Below are positions 1 to 11,716 of a stretch of DNA of 64,000 bases, one piece after another (within the stretch, counting starts at the first letter, position 1; each line of letters begins with the position of its first letter). Below the pieces are notes generated by a model, which was not told the origin of the DNA, did not search any database, and saw only the letters and a list, made by a program, of their open reading frames with translations. The DNA is from Octopus vulgaris (taxonomy: Eukaryota). Both the position numbers and the translations under genes were made by a program. Where the stretch lies: assembly GCA_951406725.2 (NCBI GenBank), contig OX597815.1, forward strand, positions 4,898,001 to 4,962,000. The letters run 5' to 3'.

Positions 1-608
1 ACTGGAGCCTGGTGCAGCTTCCTGTCTTCCCAGACCCTGGTTGAACCGTCCAACCCATGCCAGCATGGAAAACGGACGTTAAACGATGATGATGATGATC
101 AAATGGATAATGAGGGTCCGGTGGAGTAAAACAGGAATAAAAAATATTCTTGGTTAATAAAATGGTCAAGGACCCCTGGTCTAAAGGAAACAAGCATCTT
201 GCTAATGCCAACATTTTTTCCATTCTTTTGAGGTCAAATACCACAAGTATTGAGGAAGTGAGTTGCTATAACAAGCTGTGAACTGGTGAGTGTCAGTCGT
301 ACCGAGTGGCCTGGCTGGTTGTTCAAGTGCCAAGCAGCATCCAACTAAACAAGGCCTATGGACGAGCCTTGCATCTGTAAAAGATGCACAAGAGATAAGA
401 GAGAGAGACAAGCACCCAGTGACATGAAGCTGTCTAGAGCACATCCCCCTCTCACCTCAATATTGCGTAGAAATGGTTCTGTTTATAGTTGTATGAAAAC
501 GATTTGGTATTGGCAGTGTACACAAGCAAACCAATTATCCATTTCTAATTTATTATTTATTCCTTTAAAATGTCAATCTTTTTCTAGTGCTCTGTTGCTT
601 GGTACATA

Positions 609-908
609 GTGGAGGCACATGGCCTAGTGGTTAGAGCAGCGGAATCGCGGTCGAGGGATTGCGGGTTCGAATCTCAGACCGGGCGATGTGTGTGTTTATG
701 AGCGAAACACCTTAAGCTCTACGCGGCTCCCGCAGAAGGGAATGGCAAATTTCTGATTTTTTCGCCACAACTTTCTCTCACTCTTTCCTCCTGCATCTAG
801 CAGCTCACCTGTGATGGACTGGCGTCCTGTCCAGGTGGGGAACCTATACACCAACGAAACCGGGAAACCGGCCCTTATGAGCCAGGCATGGCTCGAAAAG
901 GAACAAAC
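609..908 (+). mobile_element. tRNA-derived SINE (Arg-like head); related copy at 48390-48685 (-)
   Basis: A box TGGCCTAGTGG, B box GGTTCGAATC, followed by non-tRNA body. Related heads at 14610-14990 (-), 19728-20090 (+) and 26980-27330 (+). Confidence 0.8.
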
Positions 909-1101
909 TTGGTATATAATCTCGTCAACCCTGAGCTTAAGTTTCAAGGCCTTCAGTGGATGAGAGTTAAAGCTGCTCCTGGATAGGGTGCCAATCTATT
1001 TCAGGAAACCTCTCCAGATTATCTGGTCCCTATCTATGGTGTTAAGTGTGCCATGTAAATGGTTGACCACAATACCTACTGTAAACTTAACCTCAATATC
1101 T

Positions 1102-1334
1102 ATTTCTTTACTACCCACAAGGGGCTAAACACAGAAGGGACAAACAAGGACAGACAAACGGGATTAAGTCGATTACATCGACCCCAGTGTGTAACTGGTA
1201 CTTAATTTATCGACCCCGAAAGGACGAAAGGCAAAGTCGACGCCGGCGGAATTTGAACTCAGAATGTAATGGCAGACGAAATACTGCTAAGCATTTCGCC
1301 CGGCGTGCTAACGTTTCTGCCAGCTCACCGCCTT
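1102..1334 (-). mobile_element. tRNA-derived SINE with a Meta-like central domain and a 23-bp TSD
   Basis: Central GCCTTTCGTCCTTTCGGGGTCGATAAATTAAGTACC on the minus strand. TSD CTGTAAACTTAACCTCAATATCT at 1079-1101 and 1335-1357. Further copies at 25541-26070, 40498-40860, 50993-51133 and 54051-54276 (13-bp TSD CCAGCGGTATATA). Confidence 0.85.
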
Positions 1335-1943
1335 CTGTAAACTTAACCTCAATATCTTTGACCAATTCTTTCAAGGTTTACAAGAAGAAAGACACGCATT
1401 GCTTCTGTGTATTTTCCCAAGACAACAGAAAAGCTATGGGACCTCTTCTATTGAACTATAGTACCATCCCAGATGCAATTGTCAAAGCCACCATCATCAT
1501 CATCACCATTCTTTGTGTTGAGCCCTGCTGCTTCAGCTAAAGAGTTAACATCAACATGGCACGTAAAAAAGCACTCACTACACTCTAGGAAGGGCGGGCA
1601 TCCAGCTGTAGAAACTCTGCCAGATCAAGATTGGAGCCTGGTGCAGCCATCTGGTTTGCCAGTCCTCAGTCAAAATCGTCCAACCCATGCTAGCATGGAA
1701 AGCAGACGTTAAACGATGATGATGATGATGATGATTAAGAACCCTTCAGAGAGACACCCTAGTTCTGTTTCTCTTTATGAATGTTGGGAATAATATCCTT
1801 AAGCAAGGTCTTTTGTCCACCATTCACAATAAAGGCCTCATCATTAAGCAGAAGCAATCAAGACATCAGCAGATCCTGTATCTCTCTCTGATCTTGATTA
1901 TATTGAGGCTGTTGTACTCACAACTCATCAACTAAGTCTTATA

Positions 1944-2497
1944 CAGGGTGGACCAAAATGACCTGACACATTTGGAGGCTTAATAAAAGCACAAAATAAG
2001 AAATAATGCAAAGAAAAATTTCATTTTCTGAATGTACATAAAATGCCCTTTTATTTCATTAAGTTTTAAAAATCAAATCAGCTAAATGCTTCTCATCATT
2101 GTCAACACACTGTTGGAGACGTTCGTGAAAGTTATCGATAACTCTATGGATCATTTCTTCTGGAATGGTTGCTATTTCTACACAAATTGCACGTTTTAAT
2201 TCATCAATAGATCGAGGATGATGACTGAATACTTTTGATTTTAAATATCCCCACAAGAAGAAATCACATTTCACCATTCCAGAAGAAATGATCCATAGAG
2301 TTATCGATAACTTTCATGAACGTCTCCAACAGTGTGTTGACAATGATGGGAAGCATTTAGCTGATTAATTTCTAAAACTTAATGAAATAAAATGGCATTA
2401 TATGTAGATTCAGAAAATGAAATTTTTCTTTTCATTATTTCTTATTTTGTGCTTTTATTAAGCCTCCAAATGTGTCAGACCATTTTGGTCCACCGTG
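1944..2497. mobile_element. Tc1/mariner-superfamily non-autonomous element made of two inverted transposase 3' ends
   Basis: TA|CAGGGTGGACCAAAATG ... CATTTTGGTCCACCGTG|TA. The minus ORF 2059-2277 encodes CDFFLWGYLKSKVF...IDNFHERLQQCVDNDEKHLADLIFKT, a Tc1-type C-terminus. Arms are ~225 bp. Confidence 0.88.
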
Positions 2498-2770
2498 TAC
2501 AAGACTCGTTAACATCCTGCGAGAATGCTGCAGCTAAAATTGGTCCATTTCAAACTGCAAAGGAGAACGAACACACGACCAATGAAAGGGAATGTCCCCC
2601 GTTAATTTGTTTTATTGATGGAATACAACACGAGGGGGGGGGGTGACTTCAAGTACCGGGTGACAGTAAGAAACACTTCCAGACATGCAAGCGATTAGCC
2701 TGGAGTGTCTGTAACAACCTTCATAACATCTGGCAAATTAGGTACTTTAAAGTCAACAAGATTGGTTTCT

Positions 2771-3293
2771 CAGGCATAGCTATAGGCACAGGCATGGGTA
2801 TAGGCACAAGCATGGCTATAGGCACAGGTATGGCTATAGGCACAGGCATGGCTATAGGCACAAGCATGGCTATAGGCACAAGCATGGCTATAGGCACAGG
2901 CATGGCTATAGGCACAGGCATGGCTATAGGCACAATCATGGCTATAGGCACAGGCATGGCTATAGGCACAGGCATGGCTATAGGCACAGGTATGGCTATA
3001 GGCACAAGCATGGCTATAGGCACAGGCATGGCAGAAGGCACATGCATGGCTATAGGCACAGGCATGGCTATAGGCACAGGCATGGGTATAGGCACAGGCA
3101 TGGCTATAGGCACAGGCATGGCTATAGGCACAGGCATGGCTATAGGCACAGGCATGGGTATAGGCACAGGCATGGCTATAGGCACAGGCATGGCTATAGG
3201 CACGGCATGGGTATAGGCACAGGCATGGGTATAGGCACAGGTGTGGCTATAGGCACAGGCATGGCTATAGGCACAGGTGTGGCTATAGGCACA
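2771..3293 (+). repeat. 18-bp minisatellite (GGCATGGCTATAGGCACA) x ~29
   Basis: Direct 18-bp periodicity. It explains the MAIGTG/VPIAMP/HGYRHR ORFs. Confidence 0.95.
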
Positions 3294-3914
3294 TATACTG
3301 TATAGCTTAGAAGTTTGTTTCCCAAACATGTGGCTTTGAGTTCCGTTCCACTTGATAACATCTTGGGTGCATGGCCAAGAAGTTAGGGTATTCAGCTCAC
3401 AATTGTAGGGTCATGGGTTCAATTCTCAGCAGTGCATTGTGTCCTTGAGAAGACACTTCATTTCACGTTGCTCCAGTCCAGTCCACTCACCTTACAAAAA
3501 TGAGTTGTACCTGTATTTCAAAGGTCCAGCCTTGTCACACTTTGTGTCATGCTGAATCTCCCCTCAGAACTATGTTAAGGGTACACATGTCTGTGGAGTA
3601 CTCAGCCACTTGCATGTTAATTTCATGAGTAAGCTGTTCTGGAACACTCATCATCATAGCCAATGGTGTGCCAGTTTTCCTTTATAACCCTGGGCTGACC
3701 AAAGCCTTCTAAATGAATTTGATAGACAGAAACTGAACGAAGCCTCAAGACATCATCATCATCATCGTTTAACATCCGCTTTCCATGCTAGCATGGGTTG
3801 GACGGTTCGACCGGGGATCTGGGAAGCCCGAAGGCTGCACCAGGCCAGTCAGATCTGGCAGTGTTTCTACAGCTGGATTCACTTCCTAACGCCAACCACT
3901 CCGAGAGTGTAGTG

Positions 3915-5770
3915 GGTGTTTTTTATGTGCCACCAACACAGGTGCCAGACGAGGCTGGCAAACGGCCACGCTCGGATGGTGTTTTTTTATGTGCCACCGA
4001 CACAGGTGTCAGACGAGGCTGGCGAACGGCCACGCTCGGATGGTGTTTTTTTATGTGCCACCGACACAGGTGTCAGACGAGGCTGGCGAACGGCCACGCT
4101 CGGATGGTGTTTTTTTATGTGCCACCGACACAGGTGTCAGACGAGGCTGGCGAACGGCCACGCTCGGATGGTGTTTTTTTATGTGCCACCGACACAGGTG
4201 TCAGACGAGGCTGGCGAACGGCCACGCCGGATGGTGTTTTTTATGTGCCACCGACACAGGTGTCAGACGAGGCTGGCGAACGGCCACGCTCGGATGGTGT
4301 TTTTTTATGTGCCACCGACACAGGTGTCAGACGAGGCTGGCGAACGGCCACGCTCGGATGGTGTTTTTTTATGTGCCACCGACACAGGTGTCAGACGAGG
4401 CTGCCGAACGGCCACGCTCGGATGGTGTTTTTTTATGTGCCACCGACACAGGTGTCAGACGAGGCTGGCGAACGGCCACGCTCGGATGGTGTTTTTTTAT
4501 GTGCCACCGACACAGGTGTCAGACGAGGCTGGCGAACGGCCACGCTTGGATGGTGTTTTTTTATGTGCCACCGACACAGGTGTCAGACGAGGCTGGCGAA
4601 TGGCCACGCTCGGATGGTGTTTTTTTATGTGCCACCGACACAGGTGTCAGACGAGGCTGGCGAACGGCCACGCTCGGATGGTGTTTTTTTATGTGCCACC
4701 GACACAGGTGTCAGACGAGGCTGGCGAACGGCCACGCTCGGATGGTGTTTTTTTATGTGCCACCGACACAGGTGTCAGACGAGGCTGCCGAACGGCCACG
4801 CTCGGATGGTGTTTTTTTATGTGCCACCGACACAGGTGTCAGACGAGGCTGGCGAACGGCCACGCTCGGATGGTGTTTTTTTATGTGCCACCGACACAGG
4901 TGTCAGACGAGGCTGGCGAACGGCCACGCTCGGATGGTGTTTTTTTATGTGCCACCGACACAGGTGTCAGACGAGGCTGGCGAACGGCCACGCTCGGATG
5001 GTGTTTTTTTATGTGTCACCGACACAGGTGTCAGACGAGGCTGGCGAACGGCCACGCTCGGATGGTGTTTTTTTATGTGCCACCGACACAGGTGTCAGAC
5101 GAGGCTGGCGAACGGCCACGCTCGGATGGTGTTTTTTTATGTGCCACCGACACAGGTGTCAGACGAGGCTGGCGAACGGCCACGCTTGGATGGTGTTTTT
5201 TTATGTGCCACCGACACAGGTGTCAGACGAGGCTGGCGAATGGCCACGCTCGGATGGTGTTTTTTTATGTGCCACCGACACAGGTGTCAGACGAGGCTGG
5301 CGAACGGCCACGCTCGGATGGTGTTTTTTTATGTGCCACCGACACAGGTGTCAGACGAGGCTGGCGAACGGCCACGCTCGGATGGTGTTTTTTTATGTGC
5401 CACCGACACAGGTGTCAGACGAGGCTGGCGAACGGCCACGCTCGGATGGTGTTTTTTTATGTGTCACCGACACAGGTGTCAGACGAGGCTGGCGAACGGC
5501 CACGCTCGGATGGTGTTTTTTTATGTGCCACCGACACAGGTGTCAGACGAGGCTGGCGAACGGCCACGCTCGGATGGTGTTTTTTTATGTGCCACCGACA
5601 CAGGTGTCAGACGAGGCTGGCGAACGGCCACGCTCGGATGGTGTTTTTTTATGTGCCACCAACACAGGTGCCAGACGAGGCTGGCAAACGGCCACGCTCG
5701 GATGGTGTTTTTTTATGTGCCACCGACACAGGTGTCAGACGAGGCTGGCGAACGGCCACGCTCGGATGGT
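3915..5770 (+). repeat. 64-bp tandem array x ~29, inside a (CAT)n-tailed SINE
   Basis: Unit GGTGTTTTTTTATGTGCCACCGACACAGGTGTCAGACGAGGCTGGCGAACGGCCACGCTCGGAT. Copies are near-identical with no spacers. Preceded by SINE body 3752-3915. Confidence 0.95.
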
Positions 5771-6595
5771 GATGAAAGTTCTAAATGAGTTTCACAGCGA
5801 GTAAAATTCTTATCATGCTTGCAAACAGTTGAGCGTTGGTGACAGGAAGGGCATCCAACCATAGTAGAATCTGTCTTAATAAACTCTGTCTGACCCATAC
5901 AAAAGTGGACATCAGAATGATGATGACGATGATGATGATGATCATCATCATCGTTTAACGTCCGTTCTCCATGCTAGCATGATGACAATGACAATTATGC
6001 TGAATCAGTAATAAGCTACATAAGCAAGTCCTTCGACTCTAATTATGGAAATAGGACAAAATATAAAATTTATATGTATTTTAGGGGTTGGCATTAGGAA
6101 GGGCATCTGACAGTACAAACCATGCCAAACCAGACTAAAGTCCGGTGCAGCCGCCTTCCAGCTTGCCAACCCTGGTCAAACCGTCCAGCCCAGGTCAGCA
6201 TGGACAATGGACATTAAATGATGATGATGCACTTTAATTCCTTTTAAAGAAACTGTTGTAATTTGTTATTTACCCCAAGGTAACCCCACTCCAGAAGAAA
6301 CTCTGTGTGATCCCTTTTCTTTTGGTGCCCTAAATATATATGCTTACACTGTGTAATGGCACACTTAAGCCGTTGTTATGTGTTGTTGTCTTCAGCATAA
6401 TCCTGTCCAGTTTGACTTAATCCATAGATTAGTTCAAACAGTAGTATTAACAGATTATTGGGTGTTATGTACCATTACTCGGGTCCACTCTGTTACAACC
6501 ATTTAGAGCAGGCCTTGGTTTAGGGGTAACTCAATATTTTGTTATGCTGTTTGTCCATATAGAGGCTGCCCCTACTCTTCTAAAAATAAAGGCAA

Positions 6596-6930
6596 AGTTA
6601 AAAATCTGAGAATCCTGCTATGTTACAACACACCTCCACCGTCATAGGCCAAGTTCACAGCTGAGATAAGGGGTAGGAGTTTAAAACTGGGGTCGGCTGC
6701 TATGTTAAAGCATTCCTCCATCATCACAGTCCAGGTTCACAGCAGAGATAAGAGGAGAGAGAGAGAGACAGAGTTTAAAATTGGAGACCCCTGCTATGTT
6801 GTGAGCGTGCCTCTACCATCGTAGTCTACTTCATAAGAGAAAATATGAAGTTATAGTTTAAATCTGGGACCCCTATCATGTTGCAACATTCTTCCATCGT
6901 AACAGTCCGCTTTAAAATTTAAAACCAGGC
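6596..6930 (+). repeat. Old degenerate tandem repeat, ~4 units of 80-95 bp
   Basis: Recurring TTTAAAAnTGGG(A)...CTGCTATGTT...CCTCCAnCnTC.nAGTCC at ~6615, 6697, 6791 and 6873. Confidence 0.6.
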
Positions 6931-8330
6931 TCCCTTTTTAGCTCTGAATTTCCCATATCACAGACGGTAATATGTAAAAACTCCTGCATAGTTCCTTAGT
7001 TTGGCTTCAATGTTCTTTCTTCGACTAAGACATCCTGCTTGCCATAACTAACACAAATCGCCTTTGCTGGACCCAAGCTGAAGATGGTATTGCAAGGGGC
7101 AGCAAACTCGATTATTATCCAAACAATATTTTAGACTCGACATCATCTGCAGCTGCGACAGAGAGAAGAACCGAACCTGCAATACGACATTTGCATACAA
7201 GTGGCAGTTGCGGATAAGTTATAATAAAAAAGAGACAAATCCAAACTATGTAGAGTTGTGGGAGAAAAAAGGGGATTCAGTAACATTCGTTTCGAGTTTA
7301 TTTGTTTTGGTCAACCAAATAAATTTAAACACTATAACAAGCTTTTCTCAGAGGCCCCCGTTGCTAGGAAACCAATGCGATGTGTGTGTGTGTGTGTGTG
7401 CGGTGGTGAATATGTCAATGAACGGACATCGTTTTTAATCAGGTGTGATATTTAAAACTCTCTACAAACGTTGGCGGTGGTCGCAGGAGAAAAGCGCGTG
7501 GGTGGACAGAACGATGGGCGTTATCGGAGAGAGGAAGAATAAATGGACAGCGACAGATAGCAACAAGGAATGAAAGAGGAAGGAAAGAAGCAGCTCGTCC
7601 AAACACACACATGGAACCCGAAAAGATTAGCAGCCACAGACTGATATCTGTTGGAGTTGGAGTCGCGAGAAAATGTCATCTTACGAAAACAAACCTGTTT
7701 CACATAGCGACAGGACAATTCACCATCATCATCATCAGCATTATTATTATTATTATTATTAATTATTATTATTATTTATTATTATTATTAAGCCGTCAAC
7801 ATTATCATTTTCAGCATATTATTATTATTATTATTATTATTACCAGTATGAACGGACCAATTCTGAGGAGGATACACCTGGGGAAAATTAAAAGGTAATA
7901 TAAAAGGAGAAGGGGGCTCTCTACCCCGCCCCCTTTTGACCAGGCTCCCGTGGCTTTTATGGGTTTTCCCACGAGTAACCTTTCGAAGCGCCTCCACCCC
8001 CCGCCTATTGGGAGTTTTCGCTTGTTATATTTTCGTTGTTGCATTTGTACACGGACTTTTCACACGGACAAAACCCTTTTTCTAACTTTCGTCCCGTATT
8101 TTGTCCCTATATATTTTATTTGATTCTTGTTAGCCCTTGTGGCCAATAAACGAATTAATTATTATTATTATTATTATTATTAGCAGCCGCAGTACATACA
8201 AGCACACACATAAATGTTAAGGACTTGGTCGCTATTTCCACCCAGTGTTGTTATTTACAAATTCTACAACACCGTGTTTGTTTGTGGGTGTGTGTGTGTG
8301 TGTGACTGTGTGCGTGCGTGCAAGTATGTA

Positions 8331-8363
<33 letters not shown>

Positions 8364-8731
8364 ATGTATGTGTGTGTGTGTGGATGTAAGTATACATGTA
8401 TGTATGTATGTGTGTGTATATATGTATGTATGTGTATGTATGTATGTGTGTGTAGATGTATGTATACATGTATGTATATGCATGTATGTATGTATACATG
8501 TATGTATTATGTATGTATGTGTGTATGTATGTGTGTGTGTGTGTGTGGATGTATGTATACATGTATGTATGTATACATGTATGTATTATGTATGTATTTG
8601 TGTGTCTATGTATGTATGTATGGTCACTTTCGAGTTGATTTTTTTCCTACTTTGTTGAGCTCTTTGCAAAACTCTTTGCACGAATAAATATTTGCATCAT
8701 TATATCAACGAAATAATTATCCCTTTCAATT

Positions 8732-8763
<32 letters not shown>

Positions 8764-9332
8764 ACGTAAATGTTATGTGGGTAGAAATCGTTTTAATACA
8801 TTATCGATTTCCTCCCCTCCACCTCTTCGATACGAAATCAGTCAGCTGCTGGCTGACAAACGATTAACCAACGGAACCGATCCATATTTATACATCTTAG
8901 ATGCATTAAAACAAACACTAAATTCTCTCCGTGTTACTTCAACTTTTACCTTTCATTTCTCAGGAGTGAATAAAAAATAAATTACCAATAAAATAGCCAG
9001 CCACTCCTCTAAAAAATAAATATAAAAGTCTCGCCTCCTAAAGAAACATTATTAGCACCACCGTTTCTATAGATATATACGTATGGATTAGCAGAGTAAA
9101 TATTGCGCAAAGTGGAATGCCAAAGCAGGTACTATCCCACGCATGTACCACACACAGACATATATATTTCAAACCAAAGTCAACTATATATATATATATA
9201 TAATCCTTAACATTTATGTATTAACCTTGTTGGGTACTTCATTAGCAGTATATTGGATATATGTTATCCCATGGAGGGTTGCATTTACAACCCCTATCTC
9301 AATTTGTACATATATATATATATATATATACA

Positions 9333-9461
9333 CAACAACATTGAGGAACGGCCTCTATAGGCCATTCGACCCACTAGAAAGAGCAGCCAGGACTCAAACC
9401 GTCCTGGCTGCTCTTTCTAGGGGGTCGAATGGCCTATTGAGGCCGTTCCTAAATGTTGTTG
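9333..9461. repeat. 61-bp-arm hairpin with a 7-nt loop, flanked by (TA)n
   Basis: Arms 9333-9393 and 9401-9461 differ at 3 positions. Confidence 0.9.
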
Positions 9462-9560
9462 AATTTATATATATATAGTCTCTGACTATTTTCTCTTTCT
9501 CACTAGACCGCTGGTGGCGATAAAATTTCTATTGAATTTTTTGCTACCCTATATTGATTA

Positions 9561-9611
<51 letters not shown>

Positions 9612-10009
9612 CACACATACACACAGACTTAGAAGTTTTTGACGCCAGATTCGAGGAAGCGCAGGCGTTTTGTCCAAACCATTCAAATATATTTTCGTTT
9701 TCAAGTTCTTGCATTCACCTACAGACTTTATATGAAAATAATCATTAAATTATTCAATAGTTTCGTCAATGCAAACCATATTTCTTAGCAGTTTGAATGC
9801 GTAATCAACTTCCAGTGCTTGTTGCGAAGCTTACGGGTGTAATTAAGGTGTAAATTCACCTGAGAGCCTCGGTGGTATACCTGCTTCGTAACCACCTCTG
9901 CTGCTAAACCGATATTATTTATTACATGAGGGTGAGAGGGAGAAATGGTGTTAGGTTCTTTAAAAATAGTTTTTAATTAGTCATTTACAAAAATATAAAC
10001 CGAACTCAC

Positions 10010-10495
10010 CTTGCAGTCTATATCTTCGAAAATGGCAGTGTCTAACCCTGTAACGATGAGAGCTTTGGGCAGGGATGCTGTCACGTCCCCATCGGTTTCA
10101 TCTTCCACGCCATCATCGATACCGTCATCATCACCTAGATCGATATGGTGAGGTTGGTGATTGTTGTGGTGGTGGTCATCGTGGAGCGACTGGACTCCGC
10201 CGTTCCTTTCGGCACTACAACAGGCAGCAGCATTGGTTGCTGTGGAATTATTATGGCTCGTCATGATGTTACCGTTGTTGTTCATCGGGTGGTGATGATG
10301 ATGTTGGTAGTGGTGGTGGTGTTCAGTAATCCCTGTAGGGCTGCCATTCGTGAGAGTCTGTTGTGTATTTTGATTCATTCCTCCACCGCCACCGCCGCCG
10401 CCACCGCCGCCGCCGCCGCCGCCGCCACCTCCTCCTCCTCCTACGCCGTGACCACCACCGCCGACGACACCAAGAGATTCCTCGTTGTCAGCCAT
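10010..10495 (-). CDS. RCAN: RCAN/calcipressin (sarah-like) regulator of calcineurin, first coding exon; gene continues left of the window
   Basis: ATG at 10495 (MADNEES...), with an alternative in-frame ATG at 10540. Ends ...SLPKALIVTGLDTAIFEDIDCK then donor AAG|GTGAGT at 10010/10009 (phase 0). The last ~22 aa resemble the start of the RCAN RRM-like domain (LP-x-x-x-I-V-T...F). N-terminus has a 21-Gly run and His runs. Confidence 0.82.
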
Positions 10496-11679
10496 ATTCA
10501 GTGAATTTCTCCTCGCTTCTTCACAGCTTTTGATACACATCCTTATCGGAAGATTCTTCCTTTAATTCTTTTCCTCCTTCGCAACGTTCTCAATTATCCA
10601 ACCGTTCACCGAATATTTCTTGCCTCAAATATTCCAATATTATTTCCTCGTTGTCCTAAAATATTCCAGGCTTTTAATGCTTCGTCGATTTCCTTTTTTC
10701 TTCTTTCTTATTTCCTTCTACCCTTTCTTTTAACGACACTCAACTCTTCTCTCTCTCCTTCACTCCTACTTAATTACCCTTTTACTCTTTCTCTCTCGCC
10801 CTCCTTACAACTCTCTCTCTCTCTTTCACCCTCCCTATAACGTTGTTTTCTTCTTTCTCTCTCTCTCTCTCTCTCCTTCAAATCCTCTCTCGTCTTTCCC
10901 CCTCTCTCTGTATCTATCACTTCCTCTTGTCCTTCCTCACTCTCTCTCTCTCCAAAGGCAACTAAATGTTGCCAAGGTTGGTCGAAGTATTGAGTCCGTT
11001 TCTCTTCAAGTCTCCGGTATTTCTTGGTCAGTGTGGCTCAACCTGGCGATGTCGATTCTTACCAATCATAATAAATGCACCGTTTATCAGGAAATTTGTT
11101 GTTAAGTGTCGAGAAAAGAAGCAGAAAATCCAGATGTTTCGTTTCGTAATCCTTGATCTAAGGACAAAATCCGTCTCAAATGACAATTAAGGACAAAATG
11201 GCAAAAATTTAGAAGAGTACCAAAAGCAGTAATAAATAGTTTACGGCAATATAAAATAATTTGTCAATGTATATAAAATCAAATTATGTCGACGTGGCGT
11301 TCAAGTGCTCCAAAGAGTGAATTAAATATATCATACTATACTAGACGAAGTTTGACTTTAGCTACCCGTTCTTCCCGCAGTTGTTTGTCAATGTTGAGGC
11401 TTCGGCTGGGCTCTGTTAATGTTAAATGGAAAGTTCTGGTTAGGTCGATGACTTCTTCATGTCTGGGGAAAATAACATCTCGACATCGATCAGAATACAG
11501 CTCCACTATATACAGCTAATTTGTTCTGTATTATCTTTACAGTGCGTTAGTTGTGATGTTGTGGCTGCTTAGTTAGACCCGAGATTAGGCAGATTTAACA
11601 AAACGCAGCTTCTTTATACTCGGTCAGAAAAGGATTTCCTATGTAACCTTGAGTCGGATTAACACATCCATATACATAC

Positions 11680-11716
<37 letters not shown>

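Noticed and set aside
609-690. tRNA gene candidates here and at 19728, 48620, 51597 and 58887
   Set aside because: A/B boxes are present, but the acceptor and T stems do not close and each continues into a repeat body. They are SINE heads.
2721-3329. Repetitive proteins (VPIAMP / MAIGTG / HGYRHR), superficially antifreeze-like
   Set aside because: Translation of a SINE-derived 18-bp minisatellite, with a 1-bp deletion near 3203 and no splice or gene context.
3798-5804. Three overlapping 600-670 aa ORFs / possible CRISPR-like array
   Set aside because: The 64-bp unit has no plus-strand stops, so all frames stay open and cycle through the same peptides. There are no unique spacers and no cas genes, and the context is a eukaryotic SINE.
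7000-7720. Possible alternative RCAN first exon in unique sequence
   Set aside because: No open frame with RCAN similarity and a usable donor was found on the minus strand.
8214-8687. Cys/Val/Tyr/His-rich ORFs here and at 31806-32275, 56956-57603 and 62727-63408
   Set aside because: Pure microsatellite translations.
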